NCBI GenBank assembly: GCA_001687465.1
Contig: LVLI01000176.1
Span: 62,001 to 126,000, forward strand
Length of the DNA stretch: 64,000 bases
Source of the DNA: Halocafeteria seosinensis
Taxonomy: Eukaryota
Direction of reading: 5' to 3'
The notes beneath the pieces are model-generated. The model did not search any database. It worked only from the letters and a program-made list of their open reading frames with translations, and was not told where the DNA came from. Shown here piece by piece: positions 21,238 through 31,515 of the stretch. Every line of letters begins with the position of its first letter. Position 1 is the stretch's first letter. The translations under genes were made by a program, and so were the position numbers.

Positions 21238-23967
21238 ATGGCTGGAGACCCTTCTGGGTCATCCATTTTGGAGGAACTAGACTCCTCTACAGTGCTGCCT
21301 CTCGCTGGAACGACGCGCATAAAGGACGACGTTCTTACTCAAGGGTCGGACCGATGGGAAGATGTACAACCGTTGGCTTCAGCCTGGGCCAATTACGTCG
21401 GCGAACCAAGGCGATTGACCAAGCTAGCGGCGACTTTTCATCAACATGGCGGGACCACCATTTTCCCACCCGTGGAGCAGGTGCCAGTAGGCACGTATAT
21501 GGCAGCTAGCAGCGCTTATCCTACCCCGCGTGGAAATAATGCACGGTATCGACATCCTAATTATTTTGAACGCACTAGTTCCGCAGCGGCTGCGGCAGCT
21601 CCAACTTCGGCTGGCACTCCAGTGGACGAAGATGGTGCTGGTTGTTCTGCTTTCTCAGATGACACGTTTCGCATTTTACTACAGCCTGGTGATTTTTGTC
21701 TCCCTGTTTGCGAGGACGGCACCGCTGAGAGCCAGGTTCGTTCCTCACCCCACCCGCGTCCTCGTACTTAGTCTTATTGTTCCTGTCGTTCTCTTCCAGG
21801 TTACATACTTGTTGCTCCAATTGCTTCAGAGAAGACAAAGTAACAAAATTTCAAATGCTGGGGTCAGTATGCACAACCATCATCACATTGACAGTGAGGT
21901 AAACAACCTTGAAACGGATGTAACTCCAGAAGAGGCGTTGAAAACAGAGGCAGGGTCAAGTGAAAATCTCTCTGAAAGTACTGAAAACCACAGTGGCAGC
22001 GATGCTGAGGCGGAAGAGGACGGTAATGGTAACGGCAATCCGGATGTTTCTTACATTGCCCCCGAAGAGGATGTCAGTGGCGGCTCTGACCTCAGCACTT
22101 TGAGAATCAATCTTCCTCATGGAGCTTTGGGCGGTTTTGACCCGTATTGCGCTTATTCAAACTTAGATTCTGTCAACTGTAATCGTTTCTACCACGTAAC
22201 GATGGAAGAAAGGAATCTTGATGACGATGTGTCTCACCAAGCATTTCGGACAGCGTTTGGACGTGACAAAGCACCTCGCTATGGCAAGCACTTTGCTGCG
22301 CAAAACCGCCTGCAGTTAAACTTATCTTCTGTTACGGCGTCTGCGTTATCGCAGTTGGAGCAAGACAGAACGGCCATGAGATCCTTTATGAATGCCACGA
22401 TATACAACATGACGTACCTTCGCCAAAGAGTAGGATCTGTTCCGGTTTGGGTGCTGGATAGGACAGTTACTGACCGGGGTGAATCTTCGTCCCAATGCAC
22501 AAGCAGCCAGGGGATGGGCGAGTCTGTTTCTCCGAGATTACGGTCGAACGGCTCCAACGTGGAGGAGGAACCGACCCTAAGCTTCACAGAAGGGACACCA
22601 CGGGAATCGAAGTATACGAGCCCTGTGCAAGACACTACGCTACCTCGCCGTATAAACAACGATGCCCATCAAAGTTGTTTGGCACCAGCAGGTGGTCAGC
22701 GAAGAAACCCAAGACGTGTCCGTATCGGCTCGGCCAGCAATGCAGAAAGTAAGGAAAGCATAGGTGATCCTATGGGTCCTGCTAAGCAAGCCCGCATGAT
22801 TAAAGACTATGAAGTATCCGACAAACGCTCTGCTCTCGGAGAAGACTTAGGCGCATCCCGTAAGGAGGAGACTCTCCAGACCGAAGCTATCAAGGATGAA
22901 GAGGGTGTAGACAATGACATGTCAATGAAGGACAAATCAAATAAGGATGAACAATTAATTCCAGGACGGGTAATATTCTTATGCTCTCCTACAACGATGA
23001 GCACAATCTTGTGGCGTTTATTAGAAGTGAACTGTGGACACATTGCATCAGATTTTTTGGAGAAAGAACATGATGGTATGCACATGCATAACACGCACGG
23101 TGAAGACATTGAACTCATTAGTGACTTGTTTCAAGACATATTCGTAGTATGCTTACCCCAAAGTGATATCCAAAGGGATCCAGGTGCGCGTAGTGCTGCT
23201 AGCGCTGCATCTTCATCGGTAAGAAAATGCTACTGCCTTGGGTTCTATGATGCTCGCAGCTCTAATACTTTAGTTTCCTGTCTATACAGCGTCCAACATT
23301 GGATACGACTATAACAGAATACCTGGAGTCGTTCAAACACTGTGCGAAACTGCTGCGGAATTGGCCAATAGTTGATACGAAAAACAGAAACGAATCAGCA
23401 CAGACTGAAAAAAATGACAAGCCTCCCACTTCCCCCCACGGGGACATCACTAGTTCTCAGGATTCGGAAAGAGCGATATGGCATTCGGAGGCATCAGCCG
23501 TCACGCATGCCTTGTCTGAAGTATCGCAAGAAGAGGATGCTGATGTCGAGATCAACGAGAACGATGAAGCATCTGCGGACTTCCAAGCTGATGCTGGATC
23601 TGAAGTTGACGAAGATGTCAAGGAAACCGATGCCATGGAAGATGCTCCAGAACCTGCAGATATCCAACGAGGTCATTCTTTCGCCACTGCCCGAAGTAGC
23701 GGGGTATACTCTAGAGGCAGCCGTGGTACAAGCAGCGGAACCACCCCAGACTGTCGTTCACTTCGAAGTGAGTCAGCAGCTCAAGAAGCGCAAAATGAGC
23801 GATCAAGCCGGTCGCGGGGTCAACCAGAGCTTCAAGATGCATTCTCTCCTACCTTCTCTCCAAGCGCTGGAATAGCTCGTACAACCACGTCAGCTGCCCG
23901 GGAGAGCTCCGGGGTTCCCGAGGAAAACATTACTTCTGGTCAAGTACCTGACGAAGAAGATCCTTAA
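21238..23967 (+). CDS. Hypothetical protein, 3 exons, largely low-complexity and acidic with globular segments
   Basis: Introns 21736-21799 and 23219-23289 join ORFs 21238, 21530 and 23299 in frame, both at phase 0. Confidence 0.7.
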
Positions 23968-24499
23968 GTTCATCCCTCTTTCAATCCACAGAATCGATGC
24001 AGCAACCTTGCGCCAAGTTGCGTTAACTCGCGTTGCTTGTAGAATGGTTGGTCATACGCTGAACTAACCGAAACAGTCCCTGCGCGCGATTGTTTGATCG
24101 AGCCATGTATTGGTCTGTCCCACAGCAGGGGCAAGCCACTGCTCGACAATCCCGTTGACATGGCTTGTAACGGTGCTAAAAACGCCGTCCTTCCATTGGG
24201 CTGGCGCGAGGAATCGACACGACAGAGCTCCTGTCATCCCATGCTGTTTGGTAAGGGCGATAAAGTCAGGTGTCATCTTCCCAAGAAGAATGAATGAATG
24301 TGTCAGAGCTTGATACAATACCAAGTAGTTCCTGATGTCGATATATATTACTACATGTAGTGACCGAGGCTTTGATCTGTCATTAAATCCCATGTAACGG
24401 ATGCCCCAAATCGCCGTGACATTGAGAGCGAGTGAGCCATGAGCCCGCCCATATAAACAACCTGCCTGGTTCATACCTCCTTTGGCCTGTGGTCTTCTA

Positions 24500-25579
24500 T
24501 TAAATAAAGAAATGGAGGAATGTGTACCATCTCGTGCGCGCTTCCATGGCGGTTTGAACTTCGTGATATAGAAAGTCTTTTGTCTTTCGTTCGCTCATAG
24601 CCAACCACAAACAATTAATGTACGAGGAATCACCACTGTAGAAACGTATCATGCTTGATGCTCCAAGAGCAAAGAGCAAAACCACGACCAGACCAAATAT
24701 TCGAGCGACGACTTGACTGCAAGCAATGGCTCCACGTACGTCCGAATTGTCGAACCGCTTGTCGATCGGAGTTACGAGCACAAGGGAACACCCAAAGCCC
24801 AAACCAATCACAATCAGAGTCACCCAACAATAGGCAACAAGAAATGGAAGTACATGGGTGACAAATGGACACGCGAACATTCCGGCCCAAGCGATGAATG
24901 ATGCTCTCATGATGTTCGTTGATGTCTTATCGTCAGATATCAGTACGAATGGTTGTTCATCGCTCGCTAAAGCCTTGACAATCTGAGTCGACCACAGGAT
25001 CACTAAAGTTCCCACGTTTGGCGAATTCGCGAATACTTCTACAAAACATTGGTATCGATGCCAACCAGGTTTTGTACCAGAGCTTTGCACTTGGATACTG
25101 TCAATGACCAGCTGGACGAGTGGACTTGTTGCCAAAAACAACGTCCACGACACTCGTACACACTTGCCCACACAGTATCCACGGAGACATGACGGACATC
25201 GACGTAAATGACTACAGGTAGTAGCAGGAATTGTTCCTGATCGAATATCCACTACCTTACTCCCACCATTCGCGTAGTTTTCATCATCTACCATGGTAGT
25301 ATAATCAGCTCCATAATTTGGGACATCAACTCGGGGACGCTGCTCAGGCGTGTGTCGGGTCCCGCCAGTTGCGTGATTACTGACTCGATCCCGTAGTTGC
25401 TCTATCAAAATTTCAATCGCTATAACAATAATCGTTTTGATAGCATACCCAATCACAATGACGTAGAGCGGCATTGATCCCTGCGGACTGCAACGCGCGA
25501 TTCCGTCTGCGTCGGCACCTGCGTCCTGTGCATCTGCGGTTTCATCGACACCTGCAGCATTTGTCATGAATTTCCACAT
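24500..25579 (-). CDS. Multi-pass membrane protein of unknown function, 359 aa
   Basis: Open ORF with about 5-6 hydrophobic segments (LYVIVIGYAIKTIIVIAIEILI, VLPFLVAYCWVTLIVIGLGF, IFGLVVVLLFALGA). Confidence 0.65.
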   Translation of the reverse strand: MWKFMTNAAGVDETADAQDAGADADGIARCSPQGSMPLYVIVIGYAIKTIIVIAIEILIEQLRDRVSNHATGGTRHTPEQRPRVDVPNYGADYTTMVDDENYANGGSKVVDIRSGTIPATTCSHLRRCPSCLRGYCVGKCVRVSWTLFLATSPLVQLVIDSIQVQSSGTKPGWHRYQCFVEVFANSPNVGTLVILWSTQIVKALASDEQPFVLISDDKTSTNIMRASFIAWAGMFACPFVTHVLPFLVAYCWVTLIVIGLGFGCSLVLVTPIDKRFDNSDVRGAIACSQVVARIFGLVVVLLFALGASSMIRFYSGDSSYINCLWLAMSERKTKDFLYHEVQTAMEARTRWYTFLHFFI

Positions 25580-25719
25580 CCAGAAAAGAGAGTGTATATA
25601 ACGTGTTTGCTTTGAGTAGCGTTAGCAGTGTTTCTAGCATTCAAACCTCTTAAACGGCGCCGGTCAGGCAGCCCGGTCAAAGTTGGCCACTCGTTTTTTT
25701 TTCAACAACTTCAACCTCC

Positions 25720-25895
25720 GCCAGGTTCATGTGGGTTCTTTCGGACAACCCTGAGTAAAGTATACGGTTCTCTCGATCAAGTACCAAGCTTCCTGTCCCC
25801 TCTAGATACTGACTATCGTTTTCGAATGCTGTCAAGTCTATTTTCTGCTTGACGGAGAATCCTTCACGAGACAAAATATCGGGAACATCGCTTCC
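25720..25895 (-). pseudogene. Isolated fragment of a CtlX-like amidinotransferase (pentein superfamily)
   Basis: IDLTAFENDSQYLEGTGSLVLDRENRILYSGLSERTH matches the LEGTGS.VLDR..r..Y...S.R motif. No other part of the gene is visible nearby. Confidence 0.75.
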
Positions 25896-26903
25896 AGGAG
25901 AGAAACTTCGACGAGGAAGGAACATAACATATATACAGTACAAGTATGTCTTATTTTGTCGGATACACTCATAGAAATACAAAAAATTATGAACAAGTGC
26001 TTCTCTCATTCAGACACAGTATGGTCTCAATATCAATACGGACGGATACATATGTGTGGCATACGAAGCTCACGCTCACCACTTCGTCATGAGTTACATC
26101 TCATCATTGAAACCTAACCGGATTGAAATTTAATTTGAAATTGAACCCCGACTTGCCTCCCTAACCCTATTGTTGTTGCCGCAGCGACGGGCGCGCAGTT
26201 GCCTCAGCTCTGCAGGAGGCACTAGCCAGTCTGGTTATCTAGCAATTACACTGTAGATGTGGCGCTCGTTACGCCTCCTCACCTCTTTCTTCTCCTGATC
26301 TCTTGAAAAATTCATGATATCTTCGACAAGTCCGTTGAGCATGTAAGAAGATCTTTTCAGACGACAGATGGTCATCAGACGGCAAGGCCATGCCCATCGC
26401 ACTCGAGGATCCTGCAGAATTGACTTGTCCTCTTCTGCGTTCATGCTGGCGAAAGCCGCCCCTCTTAGAGTCCCCGCACTCAAGCCCGTCGCGGCTTCGA
26501 CATCGTTCAAGTTGGCGAATATCGTTTGCAGCCGAAGGCTGCTTAGAATCCACTGGCATCTGTTCAGTGCCGATGTTCATGGATGTTCGTTTCATTCATT
26601 CATCGCTCTATGGTAGCGTTCACGAGTACATTCTTGTTGCACGGTTTACACTGATTCATATTTTTACAAATGTAGCCTAGTTGGCTGTAGTTTGCCAGGG
26701 ATGTCAACTTGCCACCACTGTACTGTACCGGTAGTTGCAACTTGCAGCTTTACCTGACTTGCCGGAGAGTCGCTACGGTGCGGTGCGACGCTACCAGAAA
26801 CATACCGTATAGTGTTACATGAATCGGGATGATCATTGGGTGCTATGAAAGACGTCTATATATATTTGGAACGATTAACTGTTGAATTTCTCGAGTGTAT
26901 CCG

Positions 26904-28573
26904 ATGGCTGATTTTATCGACCTTACGAAAGACCATGAGGAGGAGCTGCGTCGTGTCGATCCCTCCTCCTCCCACCAGGATGCAAGTGCGCGAGGAATCG
27001 AGCAGGAAGTGACCGTGTCTTCCGGAGACACATGGGCCTGTGACAACTGCGGCTTTATTAATCATGTGGCTCTACCCTATTGTGAACAATGTGCGCATCA
27101 GCCTCAAAATGGTAGGGCCACCAGCACATCGGCATCGACCTGTTCGTCGGCGAGTGCTCTAGGAAGCAGCTACGGAAGTCAGTATACACATGGGGGCTGG
27201 AATACCTCCAGCGATACGGATATGGAGATAGTCCAAGCAAGTGCAGCCATTTCCACGAATTGGACGAAAGACTCGGTACGTCTGAACGCTGGTCTAGAGT
27301 TGGGTGCCATTCACAATTCAAAATTTTTTTTTGGCCTGGAATGCAGGGTATAGTAGCATTATTGCAAATGGCATATGAACAGGAACTAAAAGCCAAGGTA
27401 CGAGTATTTCTGCAGTAATCCAGTGGGATGCGGACTACTATCGTTGCTCGACGATTTACCTGCAGCCAAAGTTGTGGAAGTCAATTCGCCTCTGCGAAAA
27501 CGTGGATCACTTCACCCAGAGCACTTCCTACCTTGGACCGAGAGATAGCTGGAGTTGTGGATATCGGAACATTCAGATCTTATGTTCCAGTCTCATGCAA
27601 TCTGAGAAATACCGGCCAAGACTATTTGATGGTACCGGCAAAATTCCGGACGTTAACGGCATCCAGCGATATATACAGGAAGCGTGGTTGAATGGATTTG
27701 ATCCCGAAGGTAAACAGCACTTTGGTGGATTTCTTGCTGGGACTCAATCGAAGATTGGTGCGACAGAATGTGCCACTCTTCTCAGATACTTTGGTAAGCG
27801 CTCTCTTGCGCTATACATTGAGTACTTGATGGCGACCAATGTTCGGGTTGATTGCAGCTATTCCCGCCTTTGTGATAGACTTCTATTCGTCTACTGACCC
27901 CCAGCTACCATTGGTTCTAAACGAAATACGAAATTCAGGATCAATGGATGTAAACATAGTGGATTTACAGAACTGTAAGCTAGTTTGCCGATGCGTTGTG
28001 TCTCGGAAGCACACTCTAGTACCTACGTGTCTGTTCCCTTCAGCCCCTTCCCTCTCTGTATTGTCTGGGCATCATCAACATGCGATGTTGCTTTGGCTAT
28101 ACAATTACTTTAACCAAACGAGCATGTTTTCGAGCGGGACTTGCCGGGCATACTCGGATGGTTCAATTTGTACTCTCCGATGTTTCCCAATTTTCTTCCA
28201 GGAAGATGGGCATTCTCGAACAATTGCTGGAACTGAATGTGCTTCGACAAAGCAAAATGGAAACCAGGTACGTTGGCGTTTTCTGTTTCTTCTATCCTTG
28301 CCTGAAACCGCTCTCAAGTCCTTGAAATGACAGGTCGATAGAATTGACCGGTTGAATTTCATAGTACTAGATCCATTAGTTACTCGAACAGAATTTGCCA
28401 ACTCTGTAAACAGTGGGAAAAATTGGCAGTGCAAAGTCAAGAGGGGGACTCACACGTTTAAGAAACAACGGTATCAGGCTGTCGTTGTACCGCAACCAGA
28501 CGCTCCGATGAGTTCCTCTCACACTGAACGTGGCCTGCGAAAGCACATAGGATCGGATATTGTAATTGTATAA
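26904..28573 (+). CDS. ZUP1: ZUP1/ZUFSP (peptidase C78) deubiquitinase-like protein with an N-terminal RanBP2-type zinc finger; multi-exon
   Basis: Motifs DSWSCGYRNIQ (catalytic Cys), IQEAWLNGFDPEG, IGATE, FQEDGHSRTIAG (His), IVLDP (Asp) and YQAVVV. Zinc finger WACDNCGFINHVALPYCEQC. Confidence 0.9.
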
Positions 28574-29046
28574 TACTGATATCAATTTCCTAATGAAATA
28601 AATGGGATTTCATTGTACTTCAGATATTCCGTTTGTCATATTTGCTCTTGCGCTGCTATCCATTTGCCTAAGGAATAAGATCAGTTCCGCAATGTCCACA
28701 GGTTCATCTACATTAGTGAGGTTTGCAGTGTATACTTATTTTGTCTCAGTGTTTAGCAAGAGGAAAATCATGCACCAATAAACGCTGTCTGAGACAGCCT
28801 GTCTCAGCTGCCATTGGGTTGTAGTGAATCCACGTGCGGGACGTTGTCTCTGTCCCCGAAGCGTCTTTTCCACCAAGTATTCCATGCGACGACACCATTT
28901 AGCCCCATCAGTCGAATATAATAAATCTTATCCTGCAGAATAACAAGAGGATATCTTTAGCCATTGAGTATCCTCTCCATCGTATTTCTTGGACCGGGAC
29001 CTTACCTATCTGTCGCGGACTGTCCTGCCGTGTGTTTTCTGAAGCA

Positions 29047-29283
29047 CTACAGGGCCGCCGCAGCTCCTCCTCCAGCTACATCATTTCGTCTTCCACTATG
29101 TCCTTCCGAACCCGCGCCGTCCCCCGTTCCTTGGTGGTAGAAGGTATCAAACTCGAGTCCTTCCTTCCTGCGTCGTGTAGCTTCCTGACGGCGTACATAC
29201 CATCCAATGACGGCTAATATAATGAGTATAAAGATCACCACGAGCACTAATATTGCGAGTACATTCCCAGCATCGGCTGCCAT
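29047..29283 (-). CDS. Small single-pass membrane protein (~78 aa)
   Basis: MAADAGN, then a 22-aa hydrophobic helix (VLAILVLVVIFILIILAVIGWY), then basic stop-transfer residues RRQEATRRRK. Confidence 0.55.
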   Translation of the reverse strand: MAADAGNVLAILVLVVIFILIILAVIGWYVRRQEATRRRKEGLEFDTFYHQGTGDGAGSEGHSGRRNDVAGGGAAAAL

Positions 29284-29418
29284 TTTTGCCTCTCTCCCTC
29301 TCTCTCTCCTTAAATACTCCAATGGAATGGCCTAAATTATCAATCCAGGTAGTATAATACCGTCTAAGTGGATTGATTAGTAAGGATTATTGCCCTGTAC
29401 ACAGAGGTACTCAGCAAG

Positions 29419-29786
29419 ATGTCGTTCAGTGCTCTTCGGACCACCGCTATGAGGGCGTCGCGCACCAGTAGCACCCTCATGAAAGGCGTGAATGGCACGC
29501 AAGGAGCCGGTATTGCCCCTGCTTCCTCCCCCGATCTCCAGAAACGAGGCTTTTTGCCCTTCGGTTTGCCCGTATTTTTGCAATATTTGGGAGGCGCTAT
29601 CAACGTCAAACTTCGTGTAAGTACCCCTTATGCTCTTGTGGCCCCTAATGAGCGTTGAAAGCCCCTCTGTATGCCCATACACTCCAGGGAACAAACACCG
29701 TGAGATACGCCTTGGACAGCCCTACAGGATGCGAAGTGCCCGATGCCTCCAAAGCAGAGCATTTGGATAAATATTTCGATGTCTAA
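29419..29786 (+). CDS. Small putative mitochondrial protein, 2 exons
   Basis: Presequence-like MSFSALRTTAMRASRTSS...QKRGF and an intron gtaagt...cctaat...ccag (~29617-29687). The frame and end of exon 2 are ambiguous. Confidence 0.5.
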
Positions 29787-29968
29787 AATATATGGACGCT
29801 CCTGCTCATCCTGTATGCCGGGTGTGGGAATGAATGAATGCGCTGCATTGGGTCATAGAAGCGTTATCTTGGCTAGGATTGATTTATTCAATGATACAAG
29901 GCGTATATTGTGGGGCCATATGCACATATTATACCTCTTATTGCATTAATATAAGATAGATAAAGAAA

Positions 29969-31447
29969 ATGGAGACCTTACGGTCCATTTGCAGCTACCA
30001 TGACATGGAGTTCCCGGTGGCTCAGGTCAAGACAATGCACGATCCATACAGCTACGATAGCTCTACGCAGCATCATGGGCATCGGAGGGACTCATCCGCC
30101 GCTGCACACAGTGGTGGAGCCGAAGAAGATGAGGAGGAAGATCTAGAGGAGGATGAGAACGTGGACCGCAATTACTTCTTGGCGGCTACGCGTCAATTAC
30201 GGCAAGACAATGAATTAAGGATACTGTTGTTCGATGATAGTGCAGAGACGATTACAGACGTGGCCCGCTATGATCATGCCGGGGAGATCGTGTGCATGGA
30301 ACCGCATCCCCGAGACCCTCGGTTGGTAGCCACGGGATACCATGATAATGGAAAATCTTTGGCTAGTCTCTGGCGCATGGCTCTTCCGGGCGAAGAATCG
30401 GAAGACGATGAAGGGACTGGCTCGACCTATTCATCTCTGGAGGAACTCGCTGGATTAAGTGGTCAGAAAGGGAGGACCCAAGAGTTCTCATGGTCGGCCG
30501 ATAATAAACTCTTAAACCTGTCCTCTCTTGGAGTGCATGTGTGGAAAATGGAAGAGAGTGGTAAAAGAAAAGAATCTGTCTTTAGCAAAGAAGTATCGCC
30601 ACCAAATTATATGCTTTGTGGGAGCTGGGATCCACATCATCGAGAGGTCTTTGCTACAGGACAAGGTTCAATGATAGATTTCACAGACCTTAGAGACAAA
30701 AGCGGGAACAAAAGTTCGTCATCTCCTATTAGTGCCGGGGGAAAACATCATGGGACCAAAGTGTACGAAATTAACCAGAAACTAGATATCAAAGTACAGT
30801 AAGGACCGTATTTATTTATGTTTGTGTATGTACACTCGCAGGTTTGGTGTCGAGAATCATGTTCAGCAACTCAGCTGGAACCCGAACCGTCCCAACACGC
30901 TCGCAGCTGCATATGATGATGGATCAGTCCGTATCTGGGATATCAGAAATCCGAATCAACCAGTTAAAGTACTTACAGGACATTCGCACTGGTATGGCGG
31001 ATTATTCCGTTTCTACAATAGGAGCCATAAGGGTCTTCCACCTCTTCGCGTTGTTTGCATCTCGCAGGGTTACTTCGGTCCAATATAACCCCTTCCATGA
31101 TCAGCTGGTGATTTCTAGTGGCAACGATGGAAAAGCAATATTATGGCGGGCATCATCTGTATCCTCTGCTCCTTTGATTGAAATGGAGGACGAATCAGAC
31201 AAAAGGTAAGTCGAAATCGTTCATAATGATACGGCCACCCTGTAATAAAGTAGCATATTCTTTTCTCTCCATGCGCAGGAGTTCAACGGATCTGGCTGTC
31301 GGAGTATATTACGGGGACGATCAGAAGAAACTATACAACGCTGCATGGAGCTGGAGCGACGCGTGGACAGGCGCGATAGCGACAACAGGCGGAACTGTTG
31401 AGATTCTCCGCGTACCACAAAAAGAAAAGTATAAAATACTCTTGTAA
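29969..31447 (+). CDS. EIPR1: EARP/GARP-interacting WD40 protein (EIPR1/TSSC1/DWA2 family); 4 exons
   Basis: Motifs WDPHH, WNPNRPNTLAAAYDDGSVRIWDIR, GHSHW/VTSVQYNPFHDQLVISSGND, WRASSVSSAP and the C-terminal VPQKEKYKILL. Confidence 0.9.
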
Positions 31448-31515
31448 GCAGAACATACGGTGATTATGAGTACGCTATGTTACATTAATAAAAACTCAAC
31501 CTATGTAACGAAAGC

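Noticed and set aside
21530..21799. Hydrophobic 'TM' N-terminus of the 594-aa ORF
   Set aside because: It arises from an alternative frame of exon 1 plus intron sequence and is removed in the spliced model.
23970..24474. Short ORFs on both strands between the orphan gene and the membrane gene
   Set aside because: No recognisable motif and no consistent splice structure.
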